Below are positions 52,873 to 62,055 of a stretch of 64,000 bases of DNA, piece by piece; the first letter of the stretch is position 1; the number at the start of each line of letters is the position of its first letter. Source of the stretch: Actinomycetes bacterium (GTDB lineage: Bacteria > Actinomycetota > Actinomycetes > JAWWOW01). The DNA lies in NCBI GenBank assembly GCA_045807285.1, contig JBJMHR010000021.1, forward strand, positions 90,612-154,611. The letters are read 5' to 3'. A model generated the notes under the pieces. It searched no databases. It was not told where the DNA came from and was given only the letters and a program-made list of their open reading frames with translations. Made by a program: the position numbers and the translations under genes.

Positions 52873-53805
52873 ATGAGCGGTCCGGTCTCCAAGCGTGACG
52901 TGCCCGACGAGCCGGAGGCCGCGAAACCCGCTACGTCGCCGGTCCTGGAGCTATCACCCAGCCGCGAGGCGACCGTCGGCGTCACGACGGTGCGCCGCGC
53001 CTTGCCCCAACGACCTCGGCGCACGGTCGGTGCCTGGTGCTTCGCGGACCACTTCGGCCCGGCCGGGCCGGGTCGTTCGATGGCAATCGGTCCGCACCCG
53101 CACATCGGGCTGCAGACCGTGACCTGGCTGATGGCCGGCGAGCTCCTGCATAGGGACAGCCTTGGGTCCGAACAGCTCATCCGGGCCGGACAGCTGAACC
53201 TCATGACCGCCGGCCGCGGCGTGGCGCACGCCGAAGAGCACCCGCCGAGCTACGACGGCGCTATGCACGGCGTACAACTCTGGGTGGCACAACCTGAGTC
53301 GACGCGACACGGTTCCGCCGCGTTCGAGCATCATGCAGACCTGCCCCAAGTCGACATCGGTGCTGGCTTTGCAACTGTGCTGCTCGGGGGGTACGCCGGC
53401 GCCCTCTCTGCGGCGCGTACGGACACTCCAATCGTCGGTGTCGTCCTCGAACTCGCTGCGGGTAGCGCCGAGCTGCCGCTTCACCGCGCCTTCGAGCACG
53501 CGTTCGTGGTCACCGAAGGCGCGCTACACCTCGCCGATCGAGTCGCACCGCCCGGCGTACTCGCCTATGTGGGCCAAGGTCGCGACAACATCGACATCAG
53601 GGTGCGAGAGCCGACTCGGGCCTTGTTGCTCGGCGGCGAGCCGTTCCCCGACCACGTGCTCATGTGGTGGAACTTCGTCGCACGAACGCGAGACGAAGTC
53701 GACCTCGCCACCAAGGAGTGGAACGCAGAAAGCGAGCGGTTCGGCATCGTTCCATCAGTATTGGAGCGCCTCGCAGCGCCGCCGACGCCTTGGCGAACCG
53801 CCTGA
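52873..53805 (+). CDS. Pirin family protein (bicupin)
   Basis: Metal-binding motif GPHPHIGLQTVTWLMAGE...HRD. The start is taken at MSGPVSK (ATG 52873). Confidence 0.85.
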   Translation: MSGPVSKRDVPDEPEAAKPATSPVLELSPSREATVGVTTVRRALPQRPRRTVGAWCFADHFGPAGPGRSMAIGPHPHIGLQTVTWLMAGELLHRDSLGSEQLIRAGQLNLMTAGRGVAHAEEHPPSYDGAMHGVQLWVAQPESTRHGSAAFEHHADLPQVDIGAGFATVLLGGYAGALSAARTDTPIVGVVLELAAGSAELPLHRAFEHAFVVTEGALHLADRVAPPGVLAYVGQGRDNIDIRVREPTRALLLGGEPFPDHVLMWWNFVARTRDEVDLATKEWNAESERFGIVPSVLERLAAPPTPWRTA

Positions 53806-53810
53806 CGAAG

Positions 53811-54371
53811 TCAGGACGGACCGGCGAAGTCGACCGCCTTCGTCTCGACCGTCCCGCCAACACGGCCGGGCGCGGTCTGGTCCTTCCAGTAGAGGTTCGT
53901 GTGCGCGATGACCTGGTCGGGCGGCGGCGCGCCCCAGTCGCTCAGGTCCTCCGTCGTGTGCGCATCACTCACAAGCGTCGCGTCGTACCCCCGCACCATT
54001 GCGCCGTGCAACGTCGAGCGGATGCAGGCGTCGGTCTGCGCGCCCACGACGACGAGCCGCCCGACCCCGAGCCCCGACAACACGTTCTCGAGGTCGGTGG
54101 CCTCGAACGAGTCGCCATAGTTCTTCTGCACCATCGGTTCGGCGTCGTCGGGACCGAGCTCGGGCACGATCCGCCACTCGTCGCTTCCCTGTTCTAGTTG
54201 CCCGTCAGAGTGCTGGACCCAGATCACCGGCACCTGTTCACGCCGCGCCCTGTCGACCAGGTTGTCGATGTTCGCGACGACCGAGTCACGTTCGTGGGCC
54301 CCGGCGACGACGCCGTTCTGTACATCGATGACGAGGAGTGCGGTGTTCGGGCGGTTCTCGAGCGTTGTCAT
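53811..54371 (-). CDS. Isochorismatase-family cysteine hydrolase
   Basis: ALLVIDVQNG...VVVGAQTDACIRSTL catalytic Cys motif. ATG at 54371 with a GAGGAAAGG SD. Confidence 0.85.
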   Translation of the reverse strand: MTTLENRPNTALLVIDVQNGVVAGAHERDSVVANIDNLVDRARREQVPVIWVQHSDGQLEQGSDEWRIVPELGPDDAEPMVQKNYGDSFEATDLENVLSGLGVGRLVVVGAQTDACIRSTLHGAMVRGYDATLVSDAHTTEDLSDWGAPPPDQVIAHTNLYWKDQTAPGRVGGTVETKAVDFAGPS

Positions 54372-54385
54372 GACCTTTCCTCTTG

Positions 54386-54682
54386 TCAGGAAGCGAGCAA
54401 TGGTGCGTATTCGTCGTGCTCGTTGATGAAGTCCTCGATGAACGGGCAGGTCGGTGTCACGGACCAACCACGGTCGCGGGCCATGTCGAGAGCTGCCGCG
54501 GCCAGCCGGCTACCGAGACCGTGACCCTCGAACTCGTCGCGCACCTCGGTATGGATGAACTCGATCCGGCCGGGGCGCAGCCGGTACGTCACGAACCCGG
54601 CGAGCGCACCGTCCATACGCACTTCGTACTGATGTGCTTCTGCGTTGTCAACGAACTCGACGTGCTGCTCCGGCGTACTCAT
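54386..54682 (-). CDS. Small GNAT-fold N-acetyltransferase (YjdJ-like)
   Basis: 98 aa. Contains HTEVRDEFEGHGLGSRLAAAALDMARDRG. Confidence 0.75.
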   Translation of the reverse strand: MSTPEQHVEFVDNAEAHQYEVRMDGALAGFVTYRLRPGRIEFIHTEVRDEFEGHGLGSRLAAAALDMARDRGWSVTPTCPFIEDFINEHDEYAPLLAS

Positions 54683-54690
54683 GCGAGGTC

Positions 54691-55590
54691 CTAACGATTG
54701 AGACGAGGAACGACTTCTTCGGCCAACAACTGCAACGTCGATCGGCTTACCCGGTCATGCAGGAAGAACACGAAGAACGTGACGCCCTTGTCGACGGCCT
54801 CCAACAGCCGAGGTACGACGGCGTCAGGCGTGCCGATGTGTTCGCTCGCGTGCAGACCCCAGGCATCCCCACCGAAGCGCCGCTCCGCGAGCTTCGTCAC
54901 CTCGGCGACCTCGGCCTCAGTCCGTGCCAAGGCGAGTACCGACTCGGTCGACAACCGGATCGTTGCGGGGTCGCGTCCGACACCGGCACAAGCCTTGTGC
55001 AGTAGCGCGATCTTCTCGTCGAGCTCGGCCAGTGAGTACGTCGGACAGTTCCACCAGTCGGCGTAGGTCGCCACCAGTTCGAGCGTCCGCGCTCCCCCGC
55101 CACCGACGACGATGGGCGGGCGGGTCGGCGTACGGGGATTGTTCGGTACGTCGTGCGTCCCGGCGAACATCCGCGTCACGACATCGAGCGTGCCTTCGAG
55201 GCGCTCTGTTCGTTCGGCGAAGCTTCCCCACGGAAGGCCGCCGGCGCGGTGCTCATCCTCAACCGATCCGCTACCGACCCCCAGGAGCAACCGACCGCGC
55301 GAGACCGCGTCGAGCGTGCTCGCCATCTTCCCGAGCAGCACCGGGTGGCGGAAGTTTGCGCACAGAACGAGATGGCCCACGTGCAACGTCGATGTCTGGG
55401 CGAGCAACGCGGTAGCGAGGGTCCAGCCCTCGAACGTCGGCAGATCCATGCCTTCGAAGTAGAGATGGTCGAACAACCACATCGAATGAAAGCCGAACTC
55501 CTCGACCCAGAGCGCGCGTTCGAGGATCTCGTCGTAGCCGAAGCCGATCTGCGGCAGGTAGATGCCGACTTCGACCCGATTGTCAGTCAT
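54691..55590 (-). CDS. LLM-class flavin/F420-dependent oxidoreductase
   Basis: VGIYLPQIGFGYDEILERALWVEEFGFHSMWLFDHL luciferase-like TIM-barrel N-terminus. ATG at 55590 (MTDNRVE) overlaps the amidase stop. Confidence 0.85.
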   Translation of the reverse strand: MTDNRVEVGIYLPQIGFGYDEILERALWVEEFGFHSMWLFDHLYFEGMDLPTFEGWTLATALLAQTSTLHVGHLVLCANFRHPVLLGKMASTLDAVSRGRLLLGVGSGSVEDEHRAGGLPWGSFAERTERLEGTLDVVTRMFAGTHDVPNNPRTPTRPPIVVGGGGARTLELVATYADWWNCPTYSLAELDEKIALLHKACAGVGRDPATIRLSTESVLALARTEAEVAEVTKLAERRFGGDAWGLHASEHIGTPDAVVPRLLEAVDKGVTFFVFFLHDRVSRSTLQLLAEEVVPRLNR

Positions 55591-56932
55591 CGAAACCGGG
55601 TGCATGCCGCTGCCACGGTGCGAGCCGCTCGAGCTGCCCGGCCAACGCGAGCAACGCCGCCTCACCCCCCGCCGGTGCTGCGATCTGGACCGACAACGGC
55701 ACACCAGCTGTCGAGTGCATGCCCATCGGTACCACGATCGCCGGGTAACCAGCGAGGTTCCAGGCGTTCGTGAACGGCGCATACCGCGCGTTCGCGTTGA
55801 CGTTGCGCAGCCAGCTTCGTTCACCCCAGCGCACCGCGGCGATCGGTGGTCGCGCCAAAGCGGGCGTCACAACCACGTCATACGACGCGAAGAACTTCCC
55901 CAGGTGAGCACGCCATCGTTCACGGGCGTCGTTGCTCGGCCAACCGCGTCGCTTCATGAACCGGCCCACCGCCGCATGCCGGCGAATGCTCGCCTGCAAC
56001 TTGGCGCGGTCGCCGAGGTTGGCATCGTCGTCGGTGCCCGCCGTCCAACGCACGATGGCTGCGGTGCCGAAGCGGGTGGTGTAGGGCATCCGCGCGGCCG
56101 TGACGGTGTGACCGGCCGACGAGAGCAGCTCTCCCGCCCGGCACGCAGCACCGACGTAGTCCTTGTCCGTCACCAGCCCGACAAGTGGCGAGTTGGTCGC
56201 GATCGCAACCCGTAGCGACGGCACCTTGTCAGTGGTCGCCAGCTCGGGCGTGGCGGCCAGCACGGAGAGCACCAACGCTGCGTCGGCGACGGTTGTCGCC
56301 AGCACACCGTTCTCCGCCATCCCGTACCACCCGTTGGCACCGAGGTCGACCGGCACGAGACCCGCCCCTGGCTTGATGCCGACAAGACCGCAACACGCAG
56401 CCGGGATCCGGACCGATCCCATGCCGTCGTTGCCATGCGCCACCGGCACCATGCCGGCCGCCACTGCCGCTGCGCTTCCACCGGAGGAGCCACCCGGCGT
56501 GCGCTCCGTGTTCCACGGGTTGCGGCTCACGCCGAACGGCGAGTCGGTGGCGCCGAAGACACACAGCTCCGGCACCCGCGTCTTCCCCACGACGACCGCG
56601 CCGGCCGCGCGCAGCCGCCGAACGACTTCGTGGTCGGCTGGTTGCGGCTGCTCCGGTGTCGACAAGCTGCCGTCGCGGGTCGGCTCACCGGCAACGTCGA
56701 CGTTGTCCTTGATCGCAATCGGTACGCCGGCTAAGGGCAGTCCTGCCCCGACGTCCACCATCTCGGCCTCGGCCGGTGCACGGTCGCCGCGGACGAGCTG
56801 GAAGGCGTGGGTCCCGTCGTCGTGCTTCTCGATCCGTCGTAGTGCTTCCTCGGTCAGCTCGCGGGGTGACACGTCGCGCCGCCGGACTGCGTCGGCGATG
56901 GCGGTCGCGGTCCACTCCACGGGCACAGGCAT
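55583..56932 (-). CDS. Amidase (amidase-signature family)
   Basis: GGSSGGSAAAVAAGMVPVAHGNDGMGSVRIPAACCG AS signature with Ser-cisSer-Lys. Confidence 0.9.
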   Translation of the reverse strand: MPVPVEWTATAIADAVRRRDVSPRELTEEALRRIEKHDDGTHAFQLVRGDRAPAEAEMVDVGAGLPLAGVPIAIKDNVDVAGEPTRDGSLSTPEQPQPADHEVVRRLRAAGAVVVGKTRVPELCVFGATDSPFGVSRNPWNTERTPGGSSGGSAAAVAAGMVPVAHGNDGMGSVRIPAACCGLVGIKPGAGLVPVDLGANGWYGMAENGVLATTVADAALVLSVLAATPELATTDKVPSLRVAIATNSPLVGLVTDKDYVGAACRAGELLSSAGHTVTAARMPYTTRFGTAAIVRWTAGTDDDANLGDRAKLQASIRRHAAVGRFMKRRGWPSNDARERWRAHLGKFFASYDVVVTPALARPPIAAVRWGERSWLRNVNANARYAPFTNAWNLAGYPAIVVPMGMHSTAGVPLSVQIAAPAGGEAALLALAGQLERLAPWQRHAPGFDD

Positions 56933-57142
56933 GTCGCGGACTATGCCAAACCGGTTTGATCGTTATCGTTGCCGGCATGCGAGGGGACCGGGTCGAGATC
57001 GTCGTCGACGCCGGAGGCGAAACCCGCACCTACACGATCGCCGCGACGAAGGCCGGCCGCCGCGTCGAGATCACGACCGCCCGCGGCCAGGTCCAGGTTG
57101 CCGAAGTGACGCGCGGCGGTACCGCCGTGCGCACCGGCTATT

Positions 57143-58432
57143 TCATGGCTGCCCGGGTGATCGCGCTGGTCGAGCATCCGGCCGAGCAACCGGACGCCGG
57201 CTAGCCACGTCGGTCCGCACGGCCGGCAGGTGTACGACGAAAACCGCACCGACGGCGGAGTCGGCAACCTCGACCGAACCACCATGCGCGTTCGCCACAT
57301 CACGAACAATCGCGAGTCCCAGCCCGGCTCCGCCCACAGTCCGAGTACGCGCGTCGTCGAGCCGCGTGAACCGATCGAAGATCCGCACCCGGTCACCGGC
57401 CGGCACGCCCGCCCCGTCATCACCAACAGTGAGAACGGCCATGCCGTCCACAACGTGCAGGGTCACCGTCACAGCGCGCTCGGCATGCCTCGCGGCGTTG
57501 TCGAGCAGGTTGCGGACGAGCCGTGCCACAGCTGGCGCGTCACCACTCACCTGCGCCGCAGAGACACCGCGCGAGTCAACGCTGACACCGGTGACCGACC
57601 GCAGCCGGGTGACCTCGGAGAAGACCACGTCGTCGAGGTCGAAGACGCGGCGCGTGAGCGGACGACCGTCCTCCAGTCGTGCCAGCTGCAACAGATCGTC
57701 GGCGAGCCGGGCGACGCGGTCGACACCGGCGATCAGCATCGGCGCGGTCTCGCGCCAAAGACCGTCGTCCGGTTGCGCGGCTGCGACCTCGATCTGCGTG
57801 CGCAACGTTGCAAGCGGGCTGCGCAGCTCGTGGGCGGCGTCGGCGACGAACTCGCGCTGCCGCCGTGCTGCGACCTCGACCGGCCGCAGCGCGCGGCCGA
57901 CCAAGACCCAGGTCGTGACCACGAGGATTCCGATGATGACCGGCAGCCCGCCGACGACGGCGAGCTGCAGCCGCCGCAAGACAGCGCGTTGGTCGTCATC
58001 CGGCACGGCGGCGTAGACCAGTCGACCATCAGCTGCCGCCACAACGGCGACGCGGTAAGAGTCGGCGGCATCCGGCACCGGTACACGACGCACGGAGTGC
58101 ACCGGCGTTCCGCCCCGCGGCACGAATGTGAACAGGCGGCCCACGCCTTGCAGGTTCGGCGTACCCGCCACCGGAGTTCCGGTCGCGTTGACGATCTGGA
58201 CGATGTTGTCCGCCTCGCCCGTCGTCGGCAGCACACCATTCACCGCAGGAAGGCGCGCGACCTCGCGTGCCCGCTCTCGTGCGGTCGTGTCGACCGATCC
58301 GCGCAAACTGTGCCCGACGCTCCAGACCAACAAGCCGGCGGCAATGCACAACGCGACCGTCATGACCAGCGACGCAGCAAGCGTCAGGCGGGCGCGTACG
58401 GACCGGAGACCCGGCCACTCCCGCACGTTCAC
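57143..58432 (-). CDS. Two-component sensor histidine kinase (periplasmic sensor, HAMP, HisKA, HATPase_c)
   Basis: Two TM helices. H-box AHELRSPLATL. N-box LVRNLLDNAARHA. G-boxes DDGAGVP and GGAGLGLAIV. Confidence 0.9.
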   Translation of the reverse strand: MNVREWPGLRSVRARLTLAASLVMTVALCIAAGLLVWSVGHSLRGSVDTTARERAREVARLPAVNGVLPTTGEADNIVQIVNATGTPVAGTPNLQGVGRLFTFVPRGGTPVHSVRRVPVPDAADSYRVAVVAAADGRLVYAAVPDDDQRAVLRRLQLAVVGGLPVIIGILVVTTWVLVGRALRPVEVAARRQREFVADAAHELRSPLATLRTQIEVAAAQPDDGLWRETAPMLIAGVDRVARLADDLLQLARLEDGRPLTRRVFDLDDVVFSEVTRLRSVTGVSVDSRGVSAAQVSGDAPAVARLVRNLLDNAARHAERAVTVTLHVVDGMAVLTVGDDGAGVPAGDRVRIFDRFTRLDDARTRTVGGAGLGLAIVRDVANAHGGSVEVADSAVGAVFVVHLPAVRTDVASRRPVARPDARPARSPGQP

Positions 58433-59110
58433 CTAACCACCGTCCGCACGCATGCGGTAGCCACCGCCGCGGACCGTCTCGATGGACTGCCGGCCGAACG
58501 GCACGTCGATCTTGCGTCGCAGGTAACCGACGTACACCTCGACGATGTTCGGGTCGCCGTCGTAGTACTCGTCCCACACGTGTTCGAGCATCTCGGTCTT
58601 GCTGATCACGCGGTCCGGACTGCGCATCAGATACTCGAGTACGGCGAACTCGCGACTCGTCAGCTCGATCAGGCTCTCCCCGCGCGTGCAGCGCCTGGTT
58701 GCCGGATCGACACACAGATCACCTGCGGCCAGCCGAGCGGGTCGTTCCGGCGCGCCGCGACGTAACAGCGCGCGCAACCGGGCGACGAGCACGACGAACG
58801 AGAACGGCTTGACGAGGTAGTCGTCGGCGCCGAGGTCCAGCGCATCCGCGATGTCGTGCTCGCCGTCCTTCGCCGTCAGCATGAGAACGGGCGTCCACAC
58901 GCCGGCGCGGCGCAGCCGGCGCAGGACCTCGTAGCCGGACAGCCCCGGCACCATGATGTCGAGCAGGATCGCGTCGTAGCACGGGTCGCTCGCGCGGATC
59001 AGCCCTTCGGTGCCGTCGGGCACCACGTCGACGGCGAAGTTTTCGTCCGCCAGCCCGCGCGCGATCGCAGCAGCGAGCGCGGTCTCGTCTTCGACGACGA
59101 GTACGCGCAT
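58433..59110 (-). CDS. OmpR-family response regulator
   Basis: Receiver VLVVEDE...LDIMVPGLSG...K. Winged helix EFAVLEYLMRSPDRVISKTEMLEHVW...YVGYLRRKID. Confidence 0.9.
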   Translation of the reverse strand: MRVLVVEDETALAAAIARGLADENFAVDVVPDGTEGLIRASDPCYDAILLDIMVPGLSGYEVLRRLRRAGVWTPVLMLTAKDGEHDIADALDLGADDYLVKPFSFVVLVARLRALLRRGAPERPARLAAGDLCVDPATRRCTRGESLIELTSREFAVLEYLMRSPDRVISKTEMLEHVWDEYYDGDPNIVEVYVGYLRRKIDVPFGRQSIETVRGGGYRMRADGG

Positions 59111-59198
59111 CCGACCCCCTGAGTCAACGTCTCCAGGGTGTCACGATGCGCGACGAGCGCTGAAGCTGCGCTGAGAACGGCGCCGTGGAGTTGCCGGG

Positions 59199-60101
59199 CT
59201 AGTTGAAGCCCGGCGAGGGGCAAGGGTTGAACTCGACGAGGCAGTACTGGATCAGCCGTCGCAGCTCAGGCATGTTCCATGTGTTCCAGAAGTCCCCGTG
59301 CAACGTGTAGACCGAGCCGGACGACAACGTGATCGCTTCGTCGTAGTAGCCGGCCGTGCCGCCTGGGTCCGGCGGACCCGGAACCGTTGGTACGTCGAGC
59401 TTCGCGGTCATCGCGATCTCGGGGATGTGGACGGGGAAGCCGGCCGGGCAGACACCCTGATGGCTGCTGTACGCGACATGCGACTGATGGTCCGGCGAGT
59501 CCAGGTCAGTGCCGTTCCAGCAGTCGGGGAACCACACCTTCATCACCAACTTGTAGCCGTTGGTGCAGACCGGCGGCTTCGCTGACCACGCGCCCTTGTG
59601 GCCGTCGTGCGGGATCCGACAGGCCCACTCGACGACTTTGAGCGACTGCGCCGATGTCGCCTTGGGGTTGCCCGCCAGCATCTTGAAGCCGAGCGGGTAC
59701 GCGCGGATGTCCTTGTGTCGTCCGATGTTGCGGTAGTAGATGGTCTCCGCGTAGACGTGCACCTTCTTGCCGTTGCGATAGACCGTCGGCGTCCAGTAAC
59801 CGGCAGTGTCGAGCGGACGGTCGCACGACGTTGTCGACGCCTGCATCGAGCGCACTGTCGAGTCGGCGTCCGTCGAGTCAGATCCGTAGAAGTCATGCAG
59901 GTGGCTGTCGCCCGGCTCACCCGGGTGCGCGATCGGATCGTCGGGCAGCCGATGGCTCAGGTGGCACGTGACGATGAACTCCGGACCGTACGGGTCGTCA
60001 GGGCTTGCCTTGGCCGTCCCACCTGCCAACAAGCCCAGAACAGCGGTGGCAGCACTACCGGCAGCCGCCAGCCGCCAGGCATTCCGGATCCCACGACGCA
60101 T
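59199..60101 (-). CDS. DUF1996 domain-containing secreted protein
   Basis: Signal peptide. SHLHDFYG motif and the Cys pattern typical of DUF1996. Confidence 0.7.
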   Translation of the reverse strand: MRRGIRNAWRLAAAGSAATAVLGLLAGGTAKASPDDPYGPEFIVTCHLSHRLPDDPIAHPGEPGDSHLHDFYGSDSTDADSTVRSMQASTTSCDRPLDTAGYWTPTVYRNGKKVHVYAETIYYRNIGRHKDIRAYPLGFKMLAGNPKATSAQSLKVVEWACRIPHDGHKGAWSAKPPVCTNGYKLVMKVWFPDCWNGTDLDSPDHQSHVAYSSHQGVCPAGFPVHIPEIAMTAKLDVPTVPGPPDPGGTAGYYDEAITLSSGSVYTLHGDFWNTWNMPELRRLIQYCLVEFNPCPSPGFN

Positions 60102-60263
60102 ACCAACCTCCCCCGGTGGATATCGCCCAGGAGGCTAGCGCAATCAGGCGGTAACCACCCGGAACCTTCCAATAGCGGTCAGCACCGCGGCGAGGACCGC
60201 CGCGAGGGCGAGCCTGGGGAAACGCTGGGAGTCCGCTGTGAAGTGATCTGGTTGGCTTTGTCC

Positions 60264-60743
60264 ATGACCTATCCCCCACCGGGCTATGGCGGCGACAGCG
60301 GTGAGATCAACGCGACATACCGCCCGGTGGGCACAGCGCCGGAGCTGGTGTACGGCGGTGGCAACCTCGCGCACTACCTCGCGACCGGCGCATCGACGGA
60401 CGGGCGCTTCGGGTTGTATCGGTGGGAGATGGGAGCTGACCCGGTCGGCCCCGCGCCCCACTTTCACCGCGCGATCTCGGAGTCGTTCTACGTCCTCGTC
60501 GGCAATGTGCGGATCTTCAACGGCAACGAGTGGATCGACGCGGAGCCGGGAGATTTCGTGCACGTGCCGGAGGGCGGCGTGCACGCGTTCCGCAACGAGT
60601 CCGGTGCGCCCGCAACCATGCTGCTGCACTTCGCGCCCGGCGCGCCGCGCGAAGGCTATTTCGAAGGGCTCCCCAAACTCGGCGAGATGACCGACGACGA
60701 GCGCGAGGCGTTCTTCATCTTCCACGACACGTTCTGGGTATAG
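60264..60743 (+). CDS. Cupin domain protein
   Basis: PHFHRAISESFYVLVG...GDFVHVPEGGVHAF cupin motifs 1 and 2. The long ORF-track N-terminus (from 59598) is antisense to the DUF1996 gene and is rejected. Confidence 0.7.
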   Translation: MTYPPPGYGGDSGEINATYRPVGTAPELVYGGGNLAHYLATGASTDGRFGLYRWEMGADPVGPAPHFHRAISESFYVLVGNVRIFNGNEWIDAEPGDFVHVPEGGVHAFRNESGAPATMLLHFAPGAPREGYFEGLPKLGEMTDDEREAFFIFHDTFWV

Positions 60744-60751
60744 GCCCGGGG

Positions 60752-60919
60752 ATGCCACTGAGTCCGCAGGACGTGCGGAACGTCCGCTTCACCACGACCC
60801 GCTTCCGGCCCGGGTACGACGAGGACGAGGTCGATGCGTTCCTCGACAAAGTCCTGGCGGAGCTCGAACGGTTGCGACGGCGCATCGATGAACTCGAACG
60901 CACTCAACGGGACAGGTAG
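60752..60919 (+). CDS. Mini DivIVA-domain protein (55 aa)
   Basis: MPLSPQDVRNVRFTTTRFRPGYDEDEVDAFLDKVLAELERL is a classic DivIVA N-terminal domain. Confidence 0.65.
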   Translation: MPLSPQDVRNVRFTTTRFRPGYDEDEVDAFLDKVLAELERLRRRIDELERTQRDR

Positions 60920-62028
60920 CGACGAGCGCCGGCGTAGTACCGGAACGAGGAAATACGAACGATCCTGATCGCTGCGCCCGTGTGTGGTGCGTCGAGCACC
61001 GAGTCGTTGGCGAGGTAAAGCCCGACGTGCGCGACCGGTCCGTCGGCCGCTTCACGGAAGAACACGAGGTCGCCGGGCATGAGGAGCGAACGTTGAATCG
61101 GGATGCCATGCGCGCCTTGTTGGCTTGCGTCGCGCGGGAGCGTCGTACCAAAAGCGGCGTAGACCGCGTAGGTGAGCCCCGAGCAGTCGAAGCCGAAGCC
61201 CGAAGTCCCTCCCCAGAGGTACGGCAGGCCCATGAACCGCTCCGCCTCGTTCACGATGTCTTTCCCAGTGACCGTTGATGACCCGCGACCCGTGGGCGCG
61301 ACCATGAGCGAAGCGGGGTCCACTGCTGCCCGGCGACCCCCGAGCAGGCCGACGACGATGTACGCCGGGGCGGCCCGAAGAACCGGCAGCCGCGTGTCGT
61401 AAGAGAGCTCCATGAGGCGGGTCCCTGCGGGCCCGTGCCGCGTCCAACCACTCCACGCCCATGTTGTGGCGGAACGCACGACGACGGACCTCGCCGAGCG
61501 GACTGGCGCGCTACCGGTGAGCTGACGAGAAGGCAGCCAGCCCGGGTACCCGCGCGGATCCAGGTTGGTGGGTTGGCTCGGAACGACGACCTTGCGCCAC
61601 GATCCGCTGCGACCCACTACCCGTACTTCGGTCCCGTAGATCGCCTGCGTCGGCTCCCTGCCGGTCAACCATCGTTTCTCCGGCACCGTCATGCCCCGGA
61701 TCCAGGCCCGTGGGTTCGCCGGCGCACCGATGGCCGAGCCGTCCAACGGACGGGGAAAAGACGGGTTCGACCACAACGGCGCAACGCTGACAGCGATCCA
61801 GCAGGTGCCGCCGCGGCACGGCAGCGGTGCGCCAGCCGGTTGCGCGGCTGCGCGACGCGAAGGTGGTGACGGCGCGGACGCCGATGCTCCAGCGCGATGG
61901 TGGTCTAGCGAGGCGCCCGCATCGACGGTCCCCGCGCGGGAGCCGCAGCCGGCAACAGCGACCGCGACGGCTATCGAGATAACGGCGCGCACAGGCCCAC
62001 CGTGCACGCCCGCGGGCGCCGTCGACAA
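60904..62028 (-). CDS. NlpC/P60 (C40) family peptidoglycan endopeptidase lipoprotein
   Basis: Lipobox VAGC. SH3-like middle region. C-terminal FDCSGLTYAVY...HVGLYL Cys-His catalytic motifs. Confidence 0.85.
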   Translation of the reverse strand: MSTAPAGVHGGPVRAVISIAVAVAVAGCGSRAGTVDAGASLDHHRAGASASAPSPPSRRAAAQPAGAPLPCRGGTCWIAVSVAPLWSNPSFPRPLDGSAIGAPANPRAWIRGMTVPEKRWLTGREPTQAIYGTEVRVVGRSGSWRKVVVPSQPTNLDPRGYPGWLPSRQLTGSAPVRSARSVVVRSATTWAWSGWTRHGPAGTRLMELSYDTRLPVLRAAPAYIVVGLLGGRRAAVDPASLMVAPTGRGSSTVTGKDIVNEAERFMGLPYLWGGTSGFGFDCSGLTYAVYAAFGTTLPRDASQQGAHGIPIQRSLLMPGDLVFFREAADGPVAHVGLYLANDSVLDAPHTGAAIRIVRISSFRYYAGARRYLSR

Positions 62029-62055
62029 GAACCCTGCGGACAGCTCCGCAAGCCC

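Noticed and set aside
56163-58016. 617-aa plus-strand ORF
   Set aside because: Antisense to the amidase and histidine-kinase genes. S/T/R/A-rich low complexity.
59598-60743. 381-aa ORF-track version of the cupin gene
   Set aside because: The 5' two-thirds is antisense to the DUF1996 gene and R/V/D-rich. The cupin domain begins at ATG 60264.
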